Translations under genes and position numbers: made by a program
In this document: piece by piece, positions 12,838 to 24,439 of the stretch
Position numbering within the stretch: the first letter of the stretch is position 1
How the letters are laid out: each line of letters starts with the position of its first letter
DNA from: a virus
Taxonomy: Duplodnaviria > Caudoviricetes
Reading direction: 5' to 3' (one strand)
Length of the DNA stretch: 64,000 bases
Virus record (IMG/VR): IMGVR_UViG_3300021255_001258
Location: 63,449-127,448 of that record
Notes under the pieces: generated by a model
Seen by the model: the letters and a program-made list of their open reading frames with translations, nothing else
Told to the model about the DNA's origin: nothing
Database searches by the model: none

Positions 12838-13230
12838 TTATTTCTTATAATTTTTATAATTGTTTTTAAAAGACTGTTTTGCGGCTGTAGAAACCTTCTC
12901 TTCAGTCTTCGCCTCTTGTTTTTCTTCAACAGGAATTTCTTCCTTTTCCGGTTCCTCTTCAGGAATGTCGAAAATTGCACGAATTTCTTTGGCAGCAAGA
13001 GATGTATATTTGAAAATCTTTTCAAGACTTTCAGGATATTTATTCATCTGTGCCTTCGCCTCGTCCTTAGTAATTTCTCCACCTCTATAGGCGTACCAGA
13101 CTTTGCTAATTGCTAAACAATTTTCATCATGGAATAAAATTCTCCATGTTTCGTCCGAATTAAAACCAGGGCATGTTGGGCAGTACTCTTTTTGAGTTCC
13201 ACACAACATACAAGTTCTCAGTTTTGCCAT
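12838..13230 (-). CDS. Hypothetical protein with Cys motifs (CxxC..CxxC), downstream of the tail tube gene
   Basis: 130-aa ORF with AGGAGG RBS. Confidence 0.7.
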   Translation of the reverse strand: MAKLRTCMLCGTQKEYCPTCPGFNSDETWRILFHDENCLAISKVWYAYRGGEITKDEAKAQMNKYPESLEKIFKYTSLAAKEIRAIFDIPEEEPEKEEIPVEEKQEAKTEEKVSTAAKQSFKNNYKNYKK

Positions 13231-13250
13231 GATTAGTCCTCCTTTTTATC

Positions 13251-13280
13251 AAATAAGGGTTGCCATTACAGCAACCCTTT
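13251..13280 (-). terminator. Hairpin downstream of the tail tube gene
   Basis: AAGGGTTGC/GCAACCCTT 9-bp stem; weak U tract. Confidence 0.45.
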
Positions 13281-13301
13281 CAATACTACGCTTTAGATTA
13301 A

Positions 13302-14452
13302 TCAAGCGGCAACGCCGGAGACAACGAGGTCCTCTTCTGGATAATAGATGTAATAAAGTGCCTGCGCACCAGAACAATAATCAACGTTCAGGTTTCCAGA
13401 AAAGTCTACTTCCTGCGTCTCTGCATCGAGAGAGATTGTCATGGAAGGATCGGCTGCAAATCTCGGAATTACTACATAGCAAGGTCTCAGAGCATCCTGG
13501 CAAGGATCGCCCATAGCGCAGAACAGTGTAAGTTTCACCTGAGTAGGCAGATCTTTCGTATTGTTCTGCAACATTGCACCAGCGGTAACACTTCTTTCAA
13601 ATTTTACAAGATACTGAATCGGACCATTTTCAGTCCTAGCCGGAAGAGTAATCTTGGTAGCAGCACCAGTACCAGAAATCAGAGCAGCGGCAGCTTCGGG
13701 AGTCATCGGAGTGTCATTAGCACCATTGCCATACAGACCGATTACACGCAGAGAAGCAGCGGTATACTCGCCGATTGTGATTTCAGCACCAGGCTCGTTA
13801 ACAATAATCTTCGGCATTACAATTGCATTCTGAGCAGAAGCATAAGTAATATCACTACCAGAAGATGCATTCAGGGCAGCCGGATGCAGAAGAGCATTGG
13901 TTGCTGTAAAAGTCTTTTATACCCTCGCTTTCGCGATATTTCATAAGGGAATAGATCATATCATTATCCTTTTAGGATAGGTGGCACTTCGATTTAAGGG
14001 GTTTTCACCCACTAAGAATTTCACTTAGCCCTACTTCTAATGAGGAATTTCACCTCCAATGGAATGATCGTTTAACCTTTCTTTTTGCAAGACTTGGCAC
14101 AGGATTGCCATATCACCAACCATAATGACTTAGGTTTCCCCTGTTAGCCGATTCATTAATTATCATTTCCTATAATTACTAAACGTTGAATCGACACCCT
14201 AGATGTCTAGGTTCACCACCTTATTCGAAAAGCATTACTACTTTAAGCGGCGAGAACAAAATGTTCACCGGTTTTAGTTCTGTATGTAGTTCTTATTACA
14301 TTACCTTTCTTATCAGTAATATCAGTGGAATCAGCACTGATTTCGATGGAAGCGGAAGACAGCTGATCAAGAGCGTAAATGATATTGCCGTCTTTTTCAC
14401 CAACTCCATACAGGATTTCGTCAATATAATGATTTCCTAACGTGAAGGCCAT
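13302..14452 (-). CDS. Major tail tube protein, split by a group I intron (exons 14452-14267 and 13913-13302; 265 aa)
   Basis: Splicing joins ...RTKTG|TFTATNALL... in frame; the position after the connector genes fits a tail tube. Confidence 0.8.
13914..14266 (-). ncRNA. Group I self-splicing intron, 353 nt, no ORF
   Basis: Exon ends in U and intron ends in G; P1 CGGU/GCCG has U.G at the splice site; P7 GAUCA/UGAUC in AACGAUCA...GAUAUGAUCUA; removal restores the frame. Confidence 0.88.
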
Positions 14453-14485
14453 AATATATATCCCCTTTCTTAATATTTGTGTATT

Positions 14486-14508
14486 AAAAAAGGACGCCGA
14501 AGCGCCCT
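14486..14508 (-). terminator. Intrinsic terminator with cUUCGg loop
   Basis: AGGGCGC-TTCG-GCGTCCT followed by a T run. Confidence 0.7.
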
Positions 14509-14570
14509 TAGTTACAACGAATAATTATTATCCGTCAGCGACTATAACAAATCTATAGCCGGAATAATCT

Positions 14571-15380
14571 TTATATATCTCTCATAAAATTATACTCTTC
14601 GGGTTTTATTTTCGACCCGTCAACAAAACCAGAGAACATTCCCTTCATAAGAGCAGTACTCTGTTCATATATTTGGAGCCTCTTTACGGAATCATAAAAT
14701 TCCGCAACTCCGACTTCTTTCAGTTCTCGCAGTTTATACTTAAACCCGGGGTGATTAACAAGAGCGGAGATGACTGGCTATAATCCAGACTGCGGTTTCT
14801 CACTTTTCTTTTTTTTCGCCGCATTCTCCAAAGCACGCTTATCTTTAGTGATATACCACTGCTTCAAAATCGGATCATGCGTGATTTTTTCGTCTGGAAA
14901 AATGTTAAACATTGTCCGCAGATACTAAGCAAAGTGATTATATACATTTGCATTAATCTCTATCTAATCCTCATCATCCCAGAGAATGAGTTCCTGCGTT
15001 TCCACAGAATCTTCAATCTCAGGATCCGCCGGAATAGTTTTCACCATCGGCTAAAATTTCTTAAAGTCCAAATCGCCAAACAGCAACTTTGAAACTTCGG
15101 GATCAATCTGCGAAGATAGCATAACAAACAGCTAAAAGTCCGGCATTTCTGTCCAGTCTAATCGAGGCTTCATTTCCCACAGCACCAACCTGTACTATGT
15201 CGTGTTGCAGATAAAAATATTCAAGGTCTGATAAAATCTTTCCTCTCCAAGCGCAACTATATCTCCAATAGTAGGAGACAACACCGTCACGGTTCCAACT
15301 GCATCTTCAACATCGATTACATACGGCTCTCCAAAATACATCTGGAGTCTGTCGAATTTAACCACAGGATTACGTGGCAT
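14571..15380 (-). CDS. Conserved virion-morphogenesis protein (several TAG)
   Basis: 269 aa to TAA 14571 under read-through; only 61 aa in the standard code. Confidence 0.75.
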
Positions 15381-15942
15381 TTATTTCCCTCGGGAATATT
15401 CGCGCAGAACCATTACGGGTCTTGGCAAGATTATTATCAGTCAGCTGTTCAAAGATAATTGTTCTTGTTGCATAATCATTATCTGTAACACTCGGCAAAT
15501 CCGAAACGCAATGAATCTAATCTCCGAAGAGATTGCTCCAGTTGAAAATGTCCATGATTACCGCGCCAATCAAATCATGACGAGCAATTCCGGTACGTTT
15601 TTCAATATTATTTTTCTCTTCGCAGAGAATATAGAACGTAATCTGGAGCAACTTCATTTTAGAATTATAACGTTCCAATTCTCTAAAGCCGATTTCATAG
15701 CATATATAATTCTGCACATTGTGCTGTGTGGGATGGATGAGATACATCGGCAGAATATTAACTCCAAGATAATCACTTGGATCTGCTTCTGAATCCTCTA
15801 GTTCTTTATTGTTGAGCAAGTATATAATGAGATCATTATCAATGAGAGATTTCTTTATTATTTCCTTGTATTTAATGTCGTCGGAATCGACATTTTTCTT
15901 CAAGTCAAGGAGTTTTTGGAGCTGGTCTTGCGTTAATTCCAT
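15370..15942 (-). CDS. Putative tail terminator/completion protein (1 TAG)
   Basis: Read-through at 15517 extends to TAA 15370, overlapping the next start. Confidence 0.7.
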
Positions 15943-15957
15943 ACTTCATTCCTCCTA

Positions 15958-17410
15958 TTACAATGCAGATATTTCTACCTCTAACGAGGCTTCAGAATCT
16001 GCGGCAATATTTTTAACCAATAGTATTTTGCCTATGTATGAATCGTCACCGAGAAATTTAAAGCGCAACTTTGAATGATCCTCAAGATCGTAATATGTAA
16101 CAATAGCATTTGATACCAATTTCCCGTCTATGCGGATTTCCCAAAGTCCAGGCTCGTGGTTTAGTAACTCCGTACCTTCCTCATCATAATAAGTGACAGT
16201 AAATGTTTTGGCCGAGCCACCAATTTTAATAACAGGTTTGCCGGAACAGGTAATAACAGATTTTACAGAATCAGGAGTGGAGGTGTCATCAGAAATAGCA
16301 GAAGATGGAGCAATTTCATTATCATTCCAATCTGCCCACCATGCAGTAACATTTCCGTCCTCGTCATAATCTGCCTTGAGCGTATGTTGATTTGCAAGTT
16401 CTTGAGTACACGTAAAAACAGCAATGCCTTTAGAGTTTGACCGATTTATTTTACTAATCTGCCAAACCCTCGGTTCCGTTTTTACTGCTGCATCAATAAC
16501 AAGGTATGTATTATAATATAAGTGTTCAGTGTCCCGATTCAATGGGAGCGCAAATTTGGTCTAATCTTCTGGCTGCTAGAAGCGGAAATCGACCCAGAGT
16601 CCGCTCAATTTGTTATCATAAGGTTTTTTATCCTTATTTCTTACTGTCACCAGTAAGTTCAGCATATGTCTTCTTCATATCTTTACTGACTTAGAAGTCG
16701 GACACTCGTGGAAGTATTATATTTATTCAACCTCTATGCGTTACAATACTTTATAGCCTTTCGCAATCTATAAAGTTATCTCGGCGTTGTCTACTTGAGA
16801 GTTTCACCGATTTTGCCCGATTTTCACTTATAAGTTTCCCTATAAGGCAACAATTTTTATTGTACGAATTCTGGCTTCTGCTAACTCCAGGAAATTCATA
16901 ATACTTCCCGTTCTTAATCCATCTGAATACCTCGTCACACCGAAGTACCTCATAAGTAGGGAACTGATTTTCATCCCTGTCGGCAGTAGCAACCACTAAC
17001 CATCTGCGATATATTCCATCTTCTCCTTGAATCCAGACATAAAGTCCGACCGGATATCTTGCATTATACCGCTTCTTAAACACTTCATTATAATAATCAA
17101 CAGCACACTCATGACCTGGACGAAATTGAATATGCATAGTGACTTCGTCCTTTTCATAGGTCTTCTTTGTGTGTGCAATAAACTTAATATCAATTGGAAC
17201 TGGATTTGGATCTAATTCTGGATCAAATCCCTCTAGACTCAATCGATTTTCCGGCGTAGTATGATAGTAATCAAAGAAGTAACCGACCTGATACTAAATA
17301 TCCTGCGTAAAGGTCGCATCCATAATCATATCACTCTACATTTTTCGCGCCCGCCCAGGAATGCTAGTCCCATTATGCATAGCCTAAAAATCATTGAAAG
17401 TAATTGCCAT
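15958..17410 (-). CDS. Putative head closure/head-tail connector with Ig-like C-terminus; split by a group I intron; 5 TAG
   Basis: Exons 17410-16859 and 16605-15958 join as ...RSQNSYN|SGLWVDFRF-Q-QPED-Q-TKF in frame. Confidence 0.75.
16606..16858 (-). ncRNA. Group I self-splicing intron, 253 nt, no ORF
   Basis: Exon ends in U, terminal G; P1 CAAU|AA/UUGUUG has U.G; P7 GCAUA/UAUGC; removal restores the frame. Confidence 0.88.
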
Positions 17411-17411
17411 A

Positions 17412-17744
17412 TCAATCACCTTCCTTCAGCCGCATTATCTCGGATCCTGCGTCAAGGATAAGTTTGCGATATTTTTGCCATTCAAAACATTCACTTTCAT
17501 ACTCTTTGAGCGCCGCTTCGAGCAGACTCATTGTCTATACGACCTCCGGCGCTTCAAGCAAAATACTGTTTAGTCCATCGAGTTTATATTGCAGACTGCG
17601 AAATGCATCTCCAACGTTAATATCAGGATATGAATCCCTCGTCATTGGATCAACATATAGCAGCAGAAAAAAGATAGATTTGCGGATAGAAAGTTTAGTA
17701 GAATGGATTTGAGTAGAAGAGTAGGAGCCATACTTCGTGGTCAT
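17412..17744 (-). CDS. Head-tail region protein (1 TAG)
   Basis: 110 aa with read-through at 17535; TGA lies 2 nt before the next ATG. Confidence 0.7.
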
Positions 17745-18199
17745 GACTCACTCAAATATTGATTATTAATATATCCTCGGTCTCTGATAAGTTTGCGTAG
17801 GTCATTTTCGGCGCGGTGATACATGTCCTTTAATTCAGTCATGTGATTGGCCTAGCTGTAAAATTTTTGCTCCGAGTTTGAAAAGAACTGCGATGTCAAC
17901 AGCGTTGAATTGTATTTGGGCCTAAGCCATTCAACCGTCATTCCGGTCGCAATAAGTTCTTCCACAAAATCCTAGTCCTCCTCATCAGAAACGGGAAATT
18001 TAAGTTCATATTCAATCTACTCTACGTCTTCATCATTATCCAGCGTCGCAAATAATCGCCGCACATACGGTTTTGACAACACCGATTTCATCCATCCATT
18101 CATCATATTTTCTACTAGTTTCTTTTCTAATCCTACAATATTATAATCTTCTACTCGCAGATAAAACCGCGAGTAGATATCTTCATATTCAGAGGTCAT
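17741..18199 (-). CDS. Putative head-tail adaptor (3 TAG)
   Basis: 152 aa with read-through, including FYS-Q-ANH; ATGA overlap with the next gene. Confidence 0.75.
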
Positions 18200-18219
18200 A
18201 GGATATCACCTCCGGCGTG

Positions 18220-18801
18220 TTAATTTTTGAATTCAGCCAAAAGACTTAAATTTGTGCCAAAGAAGTCATCAAGGGCTTTAATCTTTGCAACGCTGTCCAG
18301 AGTGCCATCGCTGATAGCAGAAGCAGACATAACCTTGAGAGATTCTGCCGCTGTTTTCGGGAGCGCTCTTACTTCATCCATCATGCGGTCTGTCGGATAA
18401 GAGAGAATTGTTTCAAGATCAGAGAGAGTATAGTTCTCAGTGTAAAATTTCTTTAACTGAGGAAACTCTTCAATAAAATCCTCATCATCAATCATAAACC
18501 ATGGACCAAATACATATGTAGACTTAACCCTTACAAGTGCAGCCAGATCAGAATATTCTACTTCTGTAATGTCGCCGTACTGTACCCACTCATAATGCAT
18601 ATGAGTTTTCGGGCCTTCCATAAAAAGTCCGCCCTGAGTCACAGAACGACAGACGATGCCATCATCGGCATTAAATACTTTCTTTGGATTGGTTTTTGGA
18701 ACAACTTCCTTTACAGGCTTCGCTGTTTCGGCTTTAGCAGCTTCTACTTTCGGAGCGCCCGCTTTAGGAGCCGTTGTCCTCTTTCTTGTTGTTGTAGCCA
18801 T
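18220..18801 (-). CDS. Conserved protein downstream of the capsid gene
   Basis: 193-aa ORF with RBS. Confidence 0.75.
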   Translation of the reverse strand: MATTTRKRTTAPKAGAPKVEAAKAETAKPVKEVVPKTNPKKVFNADDGIVCRSVTQGGLFMEGPKTHMHYEWVQYGDITEVEYSDLAALVRVKSTYVFGPWFMIDDEDFIEEFPQLKKFYTENYTLSDLETILSYPTDRMMDEVRALPKTAAESLKVMSASAISDGTLDSVAKIKALDDFFGTNLSLLAEFKN

Positions 18802-18835
18802 AATATATCTCCTTTTATTCCTTAATTATCAGAAA

Positions 18836-20228
18836 TCAAGCGGGCAATGTCCACTGACCAAAGTAACGGCCAAGCATGGTTGCAATACCATAAGAACGCT
18901 GTACTTCATACTTCATGATATCGTCCCATCTACCATGCTCTTCACCCTTCTCTGTAATTTCGTCAATCTCCGTCTCGCCCACATCAATCATCTTAATAAA
19001 TTTATCAGTCTGGCTAGCCGGAAGAATCCAAAGTTTTGTATTATCTACAAGTGGCGTCAGATTTGTCTTGCTTGTAAATCTCTGCGGAAGCTCCATAAGA
19101 ACTGTCCCCTCATAATCGCCCATACGGCCACTATGAGAAACATCTTCTTTCAGAGACTGCGCTCTCCAGTTGACATCAGAAAGAGCATTCAGTTTCTTCA
19201 GAGCAGTCTTAGTACCAAGAATTACAACAGAAGATTCGTTTGCTGTTTCAACATTAGCAATAATAGCGTCGAAGTTGTCCTTGGTTGTAGAACTAAGAGC
19301 ACCAGAACCAACAAATCCAGCGCTAATAGCAGCCGGGATTGCAGTCGCAGCAGACAGGAGCTGTGCGTAAATTTCCTGCTGAATCTGAACAGTAAACGCT
19401 TTTGCAATTGCATTACAAAGAGTGGACCAGTCCTCTCTTCCGATCATATAGAGATTAATGTCTGCACCAACAGCAGCCCCATATCTCTGATAAGGAATGG
19501 TGATTGCCTGTCCCTTACCCAATCTCTGAAGCAGCCGATCATGATGTGAAACGCCAACTTTAGAAATAGAAAGGATTACATCGTCTTCGCTATAAAACTC
19601 ATAAGCATCGCCAAGGGCAATATTTCTATAATCCACGAAATTGTTGAAAAATTCGTTATCTTTAAAGCCATTAGAAATAACAACATCTCATGTAATCTAT
19701 GTTTTCACATAGCACTGACTATATCTTAACGGATTGTTTATCCGCAAAACCCATTTCAAACTGCGTATCAATAGCAGTCTTACTCCTCCGATACGAGGAT
19801 AGTCGATACAGGTTATAACCACACTTGGGTTATCTTCCCACGGGATTACCATGTCATAAATGATTTAGGCTTCCCCGTTAGCATATGTGCTATTTTTTCT
19901 ATGTACACATACCCCGTTGATGAAACGGTAAAGGTTTAACAGGCAGATATTAAACTACCACTTCTTCTATGATATCAAAGAATTCGCGTCCATGTTCTCT
20001 ATATGCTCTCTTCAGTTCACGATTTGAAGAATTCTCATTTACTCCAAAAATCTTCTAACAAATTGTACGAAGTTTTGTCTCAGCTTCTGCTCTAGCAACT
20101 ACACGTTCTCCATCAAAAATCTCATTACCCATAGCAAGATCAAACATAAGATTCTTTACTTCGTCATAATTTGTGTCCATTTCAGAAAAAACATTCATAA
20201 CATTAGCTGAAAAATTATATTTTCTCAT
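18836..20228 (-). CDS. Major capsid protein, split by a group I intron (exons 20228-19957 and 19688-18836; 374 aa; 1 TAG)
   Basis: Splice gives FFDIIEEVV|DVVISNGFKDNEFF in frame; follows protease/scaffold and decoration genes; size fits an HK97-fold capsid. Confidence 0.85.
19689..19956 (-). ncRNA. Group I self-splicing intron, 268 nt, no ORF
   Basis: Canonical R/S elements UCGACUA and AAGAUAUAGUC; P1 GGU|AG/CUGCC has U.G; P10 AUCU/AGAU; terminal G. Confidence 0.92.
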
Positions 20229-20254
20229 CTTTTATTCCCTCCTTTCTTCTAAAA

Positions 20255-20743
20255 TTAGTTACCAACTACAAGTTTCTTACTTGCAACAGTGAGAGCTTTA
20301 CCAACAGCTGGAGTTCCAGTAAACGCTTCATCGGAAACTTCAAAAACGTCTCCAACTGTCAGAGTATAAGCCTTTACTACCTCATTGGCGGCGTTCCAGA
20401 AATTAGATTCATCTGCAAGCTCTCTCGGAGATTCGTAAGGAATAATCGGAGAGTTATAAACCAACAGAGCTTCACTATCGGTCGGTACAGTCATAACTTC
20501 GACATACCAATATCCTCTTGCGGATTTGCCAACAATCTTTGCAGTAAACCCATTCGGACATGCTGCTTCTGTGTAATTATCAAAACCAGGAGTCCAAGCC
20601 CCTTTGGTTCTAGAAATAATGTTGCCATTATCAGCGGCAGTAGTAAGTTTCACATCGAAAATGTGTGCGCCCATATTCCCGGCCAAAACTTTGGACGGAA
20701 AGCAGATGGCGTGTTTTGTCATATTGGGAGTTCCATATGCCAT
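20255..20743 (-). CDS. Putative head decoration/cement protein
   Basis: 162 aa between the scaffold and capsid genes. Confidence 0.65.
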   Translation of the reverse strand: MAYGTPNMTKHAICFPSKVLAGNMGAHIFDVKLTTAADNGNIISRTKGAWTPGFDNYTEAACPNGFTAKIVGKSARGYWYVEVMTVPTDSEALLVYNSPIIPYESPRELADESNFWNAANEVVKAYTLTVGDVFEVSDEAFTGTPAVGKALTVASKKLVVGN

Positions 20744-20858
20744 AATTTCATATCTCCTTTCTACAATTTAAGTTTATTGCTAACTAACTTTTTTAAATAA
20801 TCCTCACAATAAATACTTGTGGATTTCCATCCTTATCAAAACCAGCTTTCTCCAAAAT

Positions 20859-20882
20859 AAAAAAGAGCCGCCGAAGCGACTC
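20859..20882 (-). terminator. Intrinsic terminator with cUUCGg loop
   Basis: GAGTCGC-TTCG-GCGGCTC followed by a T run. Confidence 0.65.
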
Positions 20883-20960
20883 AAAACTGGATAGCAGGAC
20901 TGGGGGAACTTCCCCATAATGTCCTTTATCAATCCACAGATTGACCACAATATTAAGTTA

Positions 20961-22646
20961 TTATTTCTTGAACAGATTCCCGTATCTGCCAGGTTTCTTA
21001 TTGAGATTCTGACCAAACTGTTTCATACCAACGGTCTTTTTCTTCTCATTCTTCTCGGCAAACTCAATTTTATTTCCCTTAGCATACGCAAGCAGGAGTT
21101 CGTCTGCCTTTGCACGAACATCCTCAACAGCCATGTCGAAGTGGTTCTCTTCCTTCTTCAGTTCTACAAACTCAGCCGTCTCGGCAATATTTGCATAATC
21201 ATCCGAATTAAGAATCTCCATCTTATCCGGCTCGGACTCATATTTAGCGAGCTTTTCAACAGTAGAAGAGTAGTTGGCTCTCATATCATCAAGTTTCTTG
21301 ATCTCATCCTCTGTCAGATATTGTGCGAACACCGCAACGCGATCACCAACAAGTGAGTAGACATCTTTCTTGACCTTATAAGACTGCTTAAATGCTTTAT
21401 CATTCCACCAGTCTTTCATAACAACATACTTATCATCATCATAAACGGTTACATCATACCAGGCATTATCTGTCTCAGAATATGTATCATTTACGAGAGT
21501 GGAAAGCGCATAAATCTTATCTTGCAGACTGACGGAAAATTCTTTGGTTACTTCGCCGTAGGTAACAGAATGAGTAACTTTTCTCGGAAGTGTATCATCA
21601 TCAATAACAACTTCTTCCTCTTCAGGCTCTTCTGGATCGGTTTCTTCAGGATTGGTTTCCTCTGGATCGTCATCCGCAAAATTCTCATCCTGCGGCTCCT
21701 CTTCCGGCTTTACTTCATCTTCAGAGGTAGAAGGATCTTCCTCTTCGAATGCTTTTGCAAAAGCCTCCTCAAGTTCTTCATCTGTCAAGCCTTCATACTC
21801 GAAATCAATATCCTCTACGGTTTTACCGTACTTTTCCAGTAATTCGTTAAACTTCACTTGATCTTTTCCTCCTTCCTCTAAATTTTGCGCGGAGTTATCC
21901 GCTTTATTACTAATGCGTTTTACAATAGCATCGGCAATCGAATCAATAATTTGAGCGTTAAATGTGAGAGAGTTATTGGCAATGCTGAAATCTTCAATCT
22001 GGACATGGGCATTTTCCATGCCCTCCTATACATCTTGCCCGGTCTCGGGATCCTTGCCGAGCAAAGTTAGACCCATAACATCAACATCCTCAAGCATGAG
22101 GACTTTATCTTTTGCCGAATATGAAAGTTCGTTAACTCCCAATTCAACCGAACATTTTGTTCCATTTTTCCGCTCAATAATCTCAGCGGCATCCGTATAT
22201 TCACGCGGAATTGCCACCTTCGCAAATATATTCATACGATCTTCGTGGTCTGGGTCTTGCTCCATATATGCCTTATCCGCAGTGAAACATCCGACCTGTT
22301 TCTCGTAATAAACATATTCGCCATTTTCGTCTATGTCAAAATCGTGACTCGTAAAATCCCTTACTCCATCAATTTCGCAAAAATTCGCAAGGACTGGTTT
22401 ATATGCGAGATTCTTGATTGCCTTCTTGGCAGCATCCTCTGTCAAAGAGCTTTTGTTTCTGTTGACTCCCGTATGCATAACCAAAACGTTCCCAAAGAAT
22501 AGATTATTATCTATTTCTTCATCAATGCTGAATCTTACCGGAATCTGTACACAAATCTGATATCCAGAATCCTTTGCACTAAACTTTGCAAAATTATTTT
22601 GTTCACAGAATTTTACGAGGTCATCCAATGTCAATAGTTTGTGCAT
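20961..22646 (-). CDS. Prohead protease-scaffold fusion (561 aa; 1 TAG at 22026)
   Basis: GQDV-Q-EGMENA joins two ORFs in frame; HTGVNRN, FTSH and CSVEL protease-like motifs; acidic scaffold-like C-terminus. Confidence 0.8.
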
Positions 22647-22694
22647 TGGACTATTCCTCCTTCCTTCAGAAATCTCGCCCGAAGTGGGAGAGTA

Positions 22695-22871
22695 TTAAAA
22701 ATGAAGGATATTCGTTGTCTGAACATCCTTCATTTCATCACTTGAAAAAGTTATTTTATTGTCATTGATAAACATCCAACGAGTTCCTTGCTTTGGCAAT
22801 TCTTGAAAACCAAGTTTTCTTAATTCTTCTGCGGTTGCCTCGTCGGTTGTTGCTATAAAATTTTTATCCAT
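22695..22871 (-). CDS. Small hypothetical protein (58 aa)
   Basis: MDKNFIATTDEATAEELRKLGF...; AGGTG RBS; fills the portal-protease gap. Confidence 0.6.
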   Translation of the reverse strand: MDKNFIATTDEATAEELRKLGFQELPKQGTRWMFINDNKITFSSDEMKDVQTTNILHF

Positions 22872-22883
22872 TTATATCACCTT

Positions 22884-24425
22884 TTATTGATTCCTGGATC
22901 TTTCACCAGAATCCGAAATTGGCTCAGTATCATCCAAACTGGGTCTTCCAACGTCATTCGAATCTCCACTAGAAGTAAATGAAGATGAAAGTGGGAAAAC
23001 CATTTTATCCTGCAATTTTAATACATCTGTTTCAAACCATAGATTCGCTAGAGATTCTTTTTCACTCACTCCAAGAAGTGTATTATATGCAATTCTATTG
23101 GCAAATGAATACTGACAACTCTCAAGCATCGATTTTCTAAATTCTTCTTTTGTGTAGATACTTATCTCAAAATGATCCACTTTACAAGGATTAGACAGTT
23201 CATAGCTCAACATACGATTAACCCATCCGTTAATCTATGGCATAAGAGTAGAAATGGCAAATTCTGTCTCTTCTTTTAGCCAAGCATTTAAAGCTGCAGT
23301 GGAATCAATTTGCGAAGAATTAAGAATGGCACCACCACCACCAGTAGACAAAATTTGATTGGAAGCCTTTTCAACTCTATTAACATCATTATCTACAGAA
23401 CTAGAAAAATCTATAACCTTTAATTCATCCCCAGGGATAACAGCTCCGGCAACATATGGTGGCAATCCGGTTTCTAATAATCGGTTAAAATAATCCAGAG
23501 TTATATCAGGAGTTACCTCAAAGTCATCGGCTTCATCGGTTCCAGACAAGACCTTCATTGGTAAATAAACTAGCTTATATATGCTGAGTTCGTCGGCAAC
23601 AGCCTGTTGGTCTTTGTTGTCTTCAAGAGCCGTAAGCTGCAAGAATAAACTTGAAAACGGTGGAACAACCGTATCCCATAAATCAGATCTGAATTTTAGA
23701 ACAACTGCATATTCATCTGGACAATGTACATATTTAACTCCAGTTCGTTCATATTCTGCATACATTTCTTTAAGCGGAGAGCCAAGAAACTCTATAATGG
23801 CCTGTCTTTGCGCATTTCTCCACTTTGACATATCTATAGCCATCGAAAAATCTTTTGTCATATAACGTCCATCAATAATACAATCGTCAGGATCTAGCCG
23901 GAATAAAAACATACCAGTATCATCCATAAATTTAAGCCCATAATAAACATCTTCAACGTATGTATTGATTAATGCTTCAGTAAAAGCGTCATGAATACCC
24001 ATGCGTTCAAGGACTTCAATTGTATCATTCATAGACTTTAATGCTTTTGTCGCATCTCCACCTTTTACTAAATCGTATGTCGGTGTCACTTTACGACATC
24101 GCAAATCCCACATATTTGCATAAAAATTAACAATCCGAAAATATATATTAGACCTATAATATAAATATCTGGAAACTGCCCTGAAATTACTTTCATTAGC
24201 TGCAATATTAGCATAATATGTAGATAACGTTTCTTTGTTAATTGTTGTTATTGTCCTTGCTGTCTAAGACCTAGATGTATCGCGCAATTGTCGCAACGCA
24301 TCTTTCGCATTGGCATACCGCTCAATATTATTTTTATTTTTAGAATACCATTCACGAATCTCTTCGATAGAAGGGTTATCCTTTTCAGATAGTGTCACTG
24401 TTGACACCTGTTTTTTAGTCGCCAA
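22884..24425 (-). CDS. Portal protein (513 aa; 2 TAG)
   Basis: TTG start after AGGAGGTG; read-through LMP-Q-INGWVNR joins the ORFs; lies between terminase and protease. Confidence 0.8.
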
Positions 24426-24439
24426 CTGGCAACACCTCC

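Noticed and set aside
2317-19549. Long plus-strand ORFs (2317-2970, 11756-12430, 18656-19549)
   Set aside because: Antisense shadows of well-supported minus-strand genes; no RBS or recognisable motifs.
20804-20935. Small ORF or endonuclease remnant between scaffold and decoration genes
   Set aside because: It overlaps a terminator hairpin and is too short for any supportable call.
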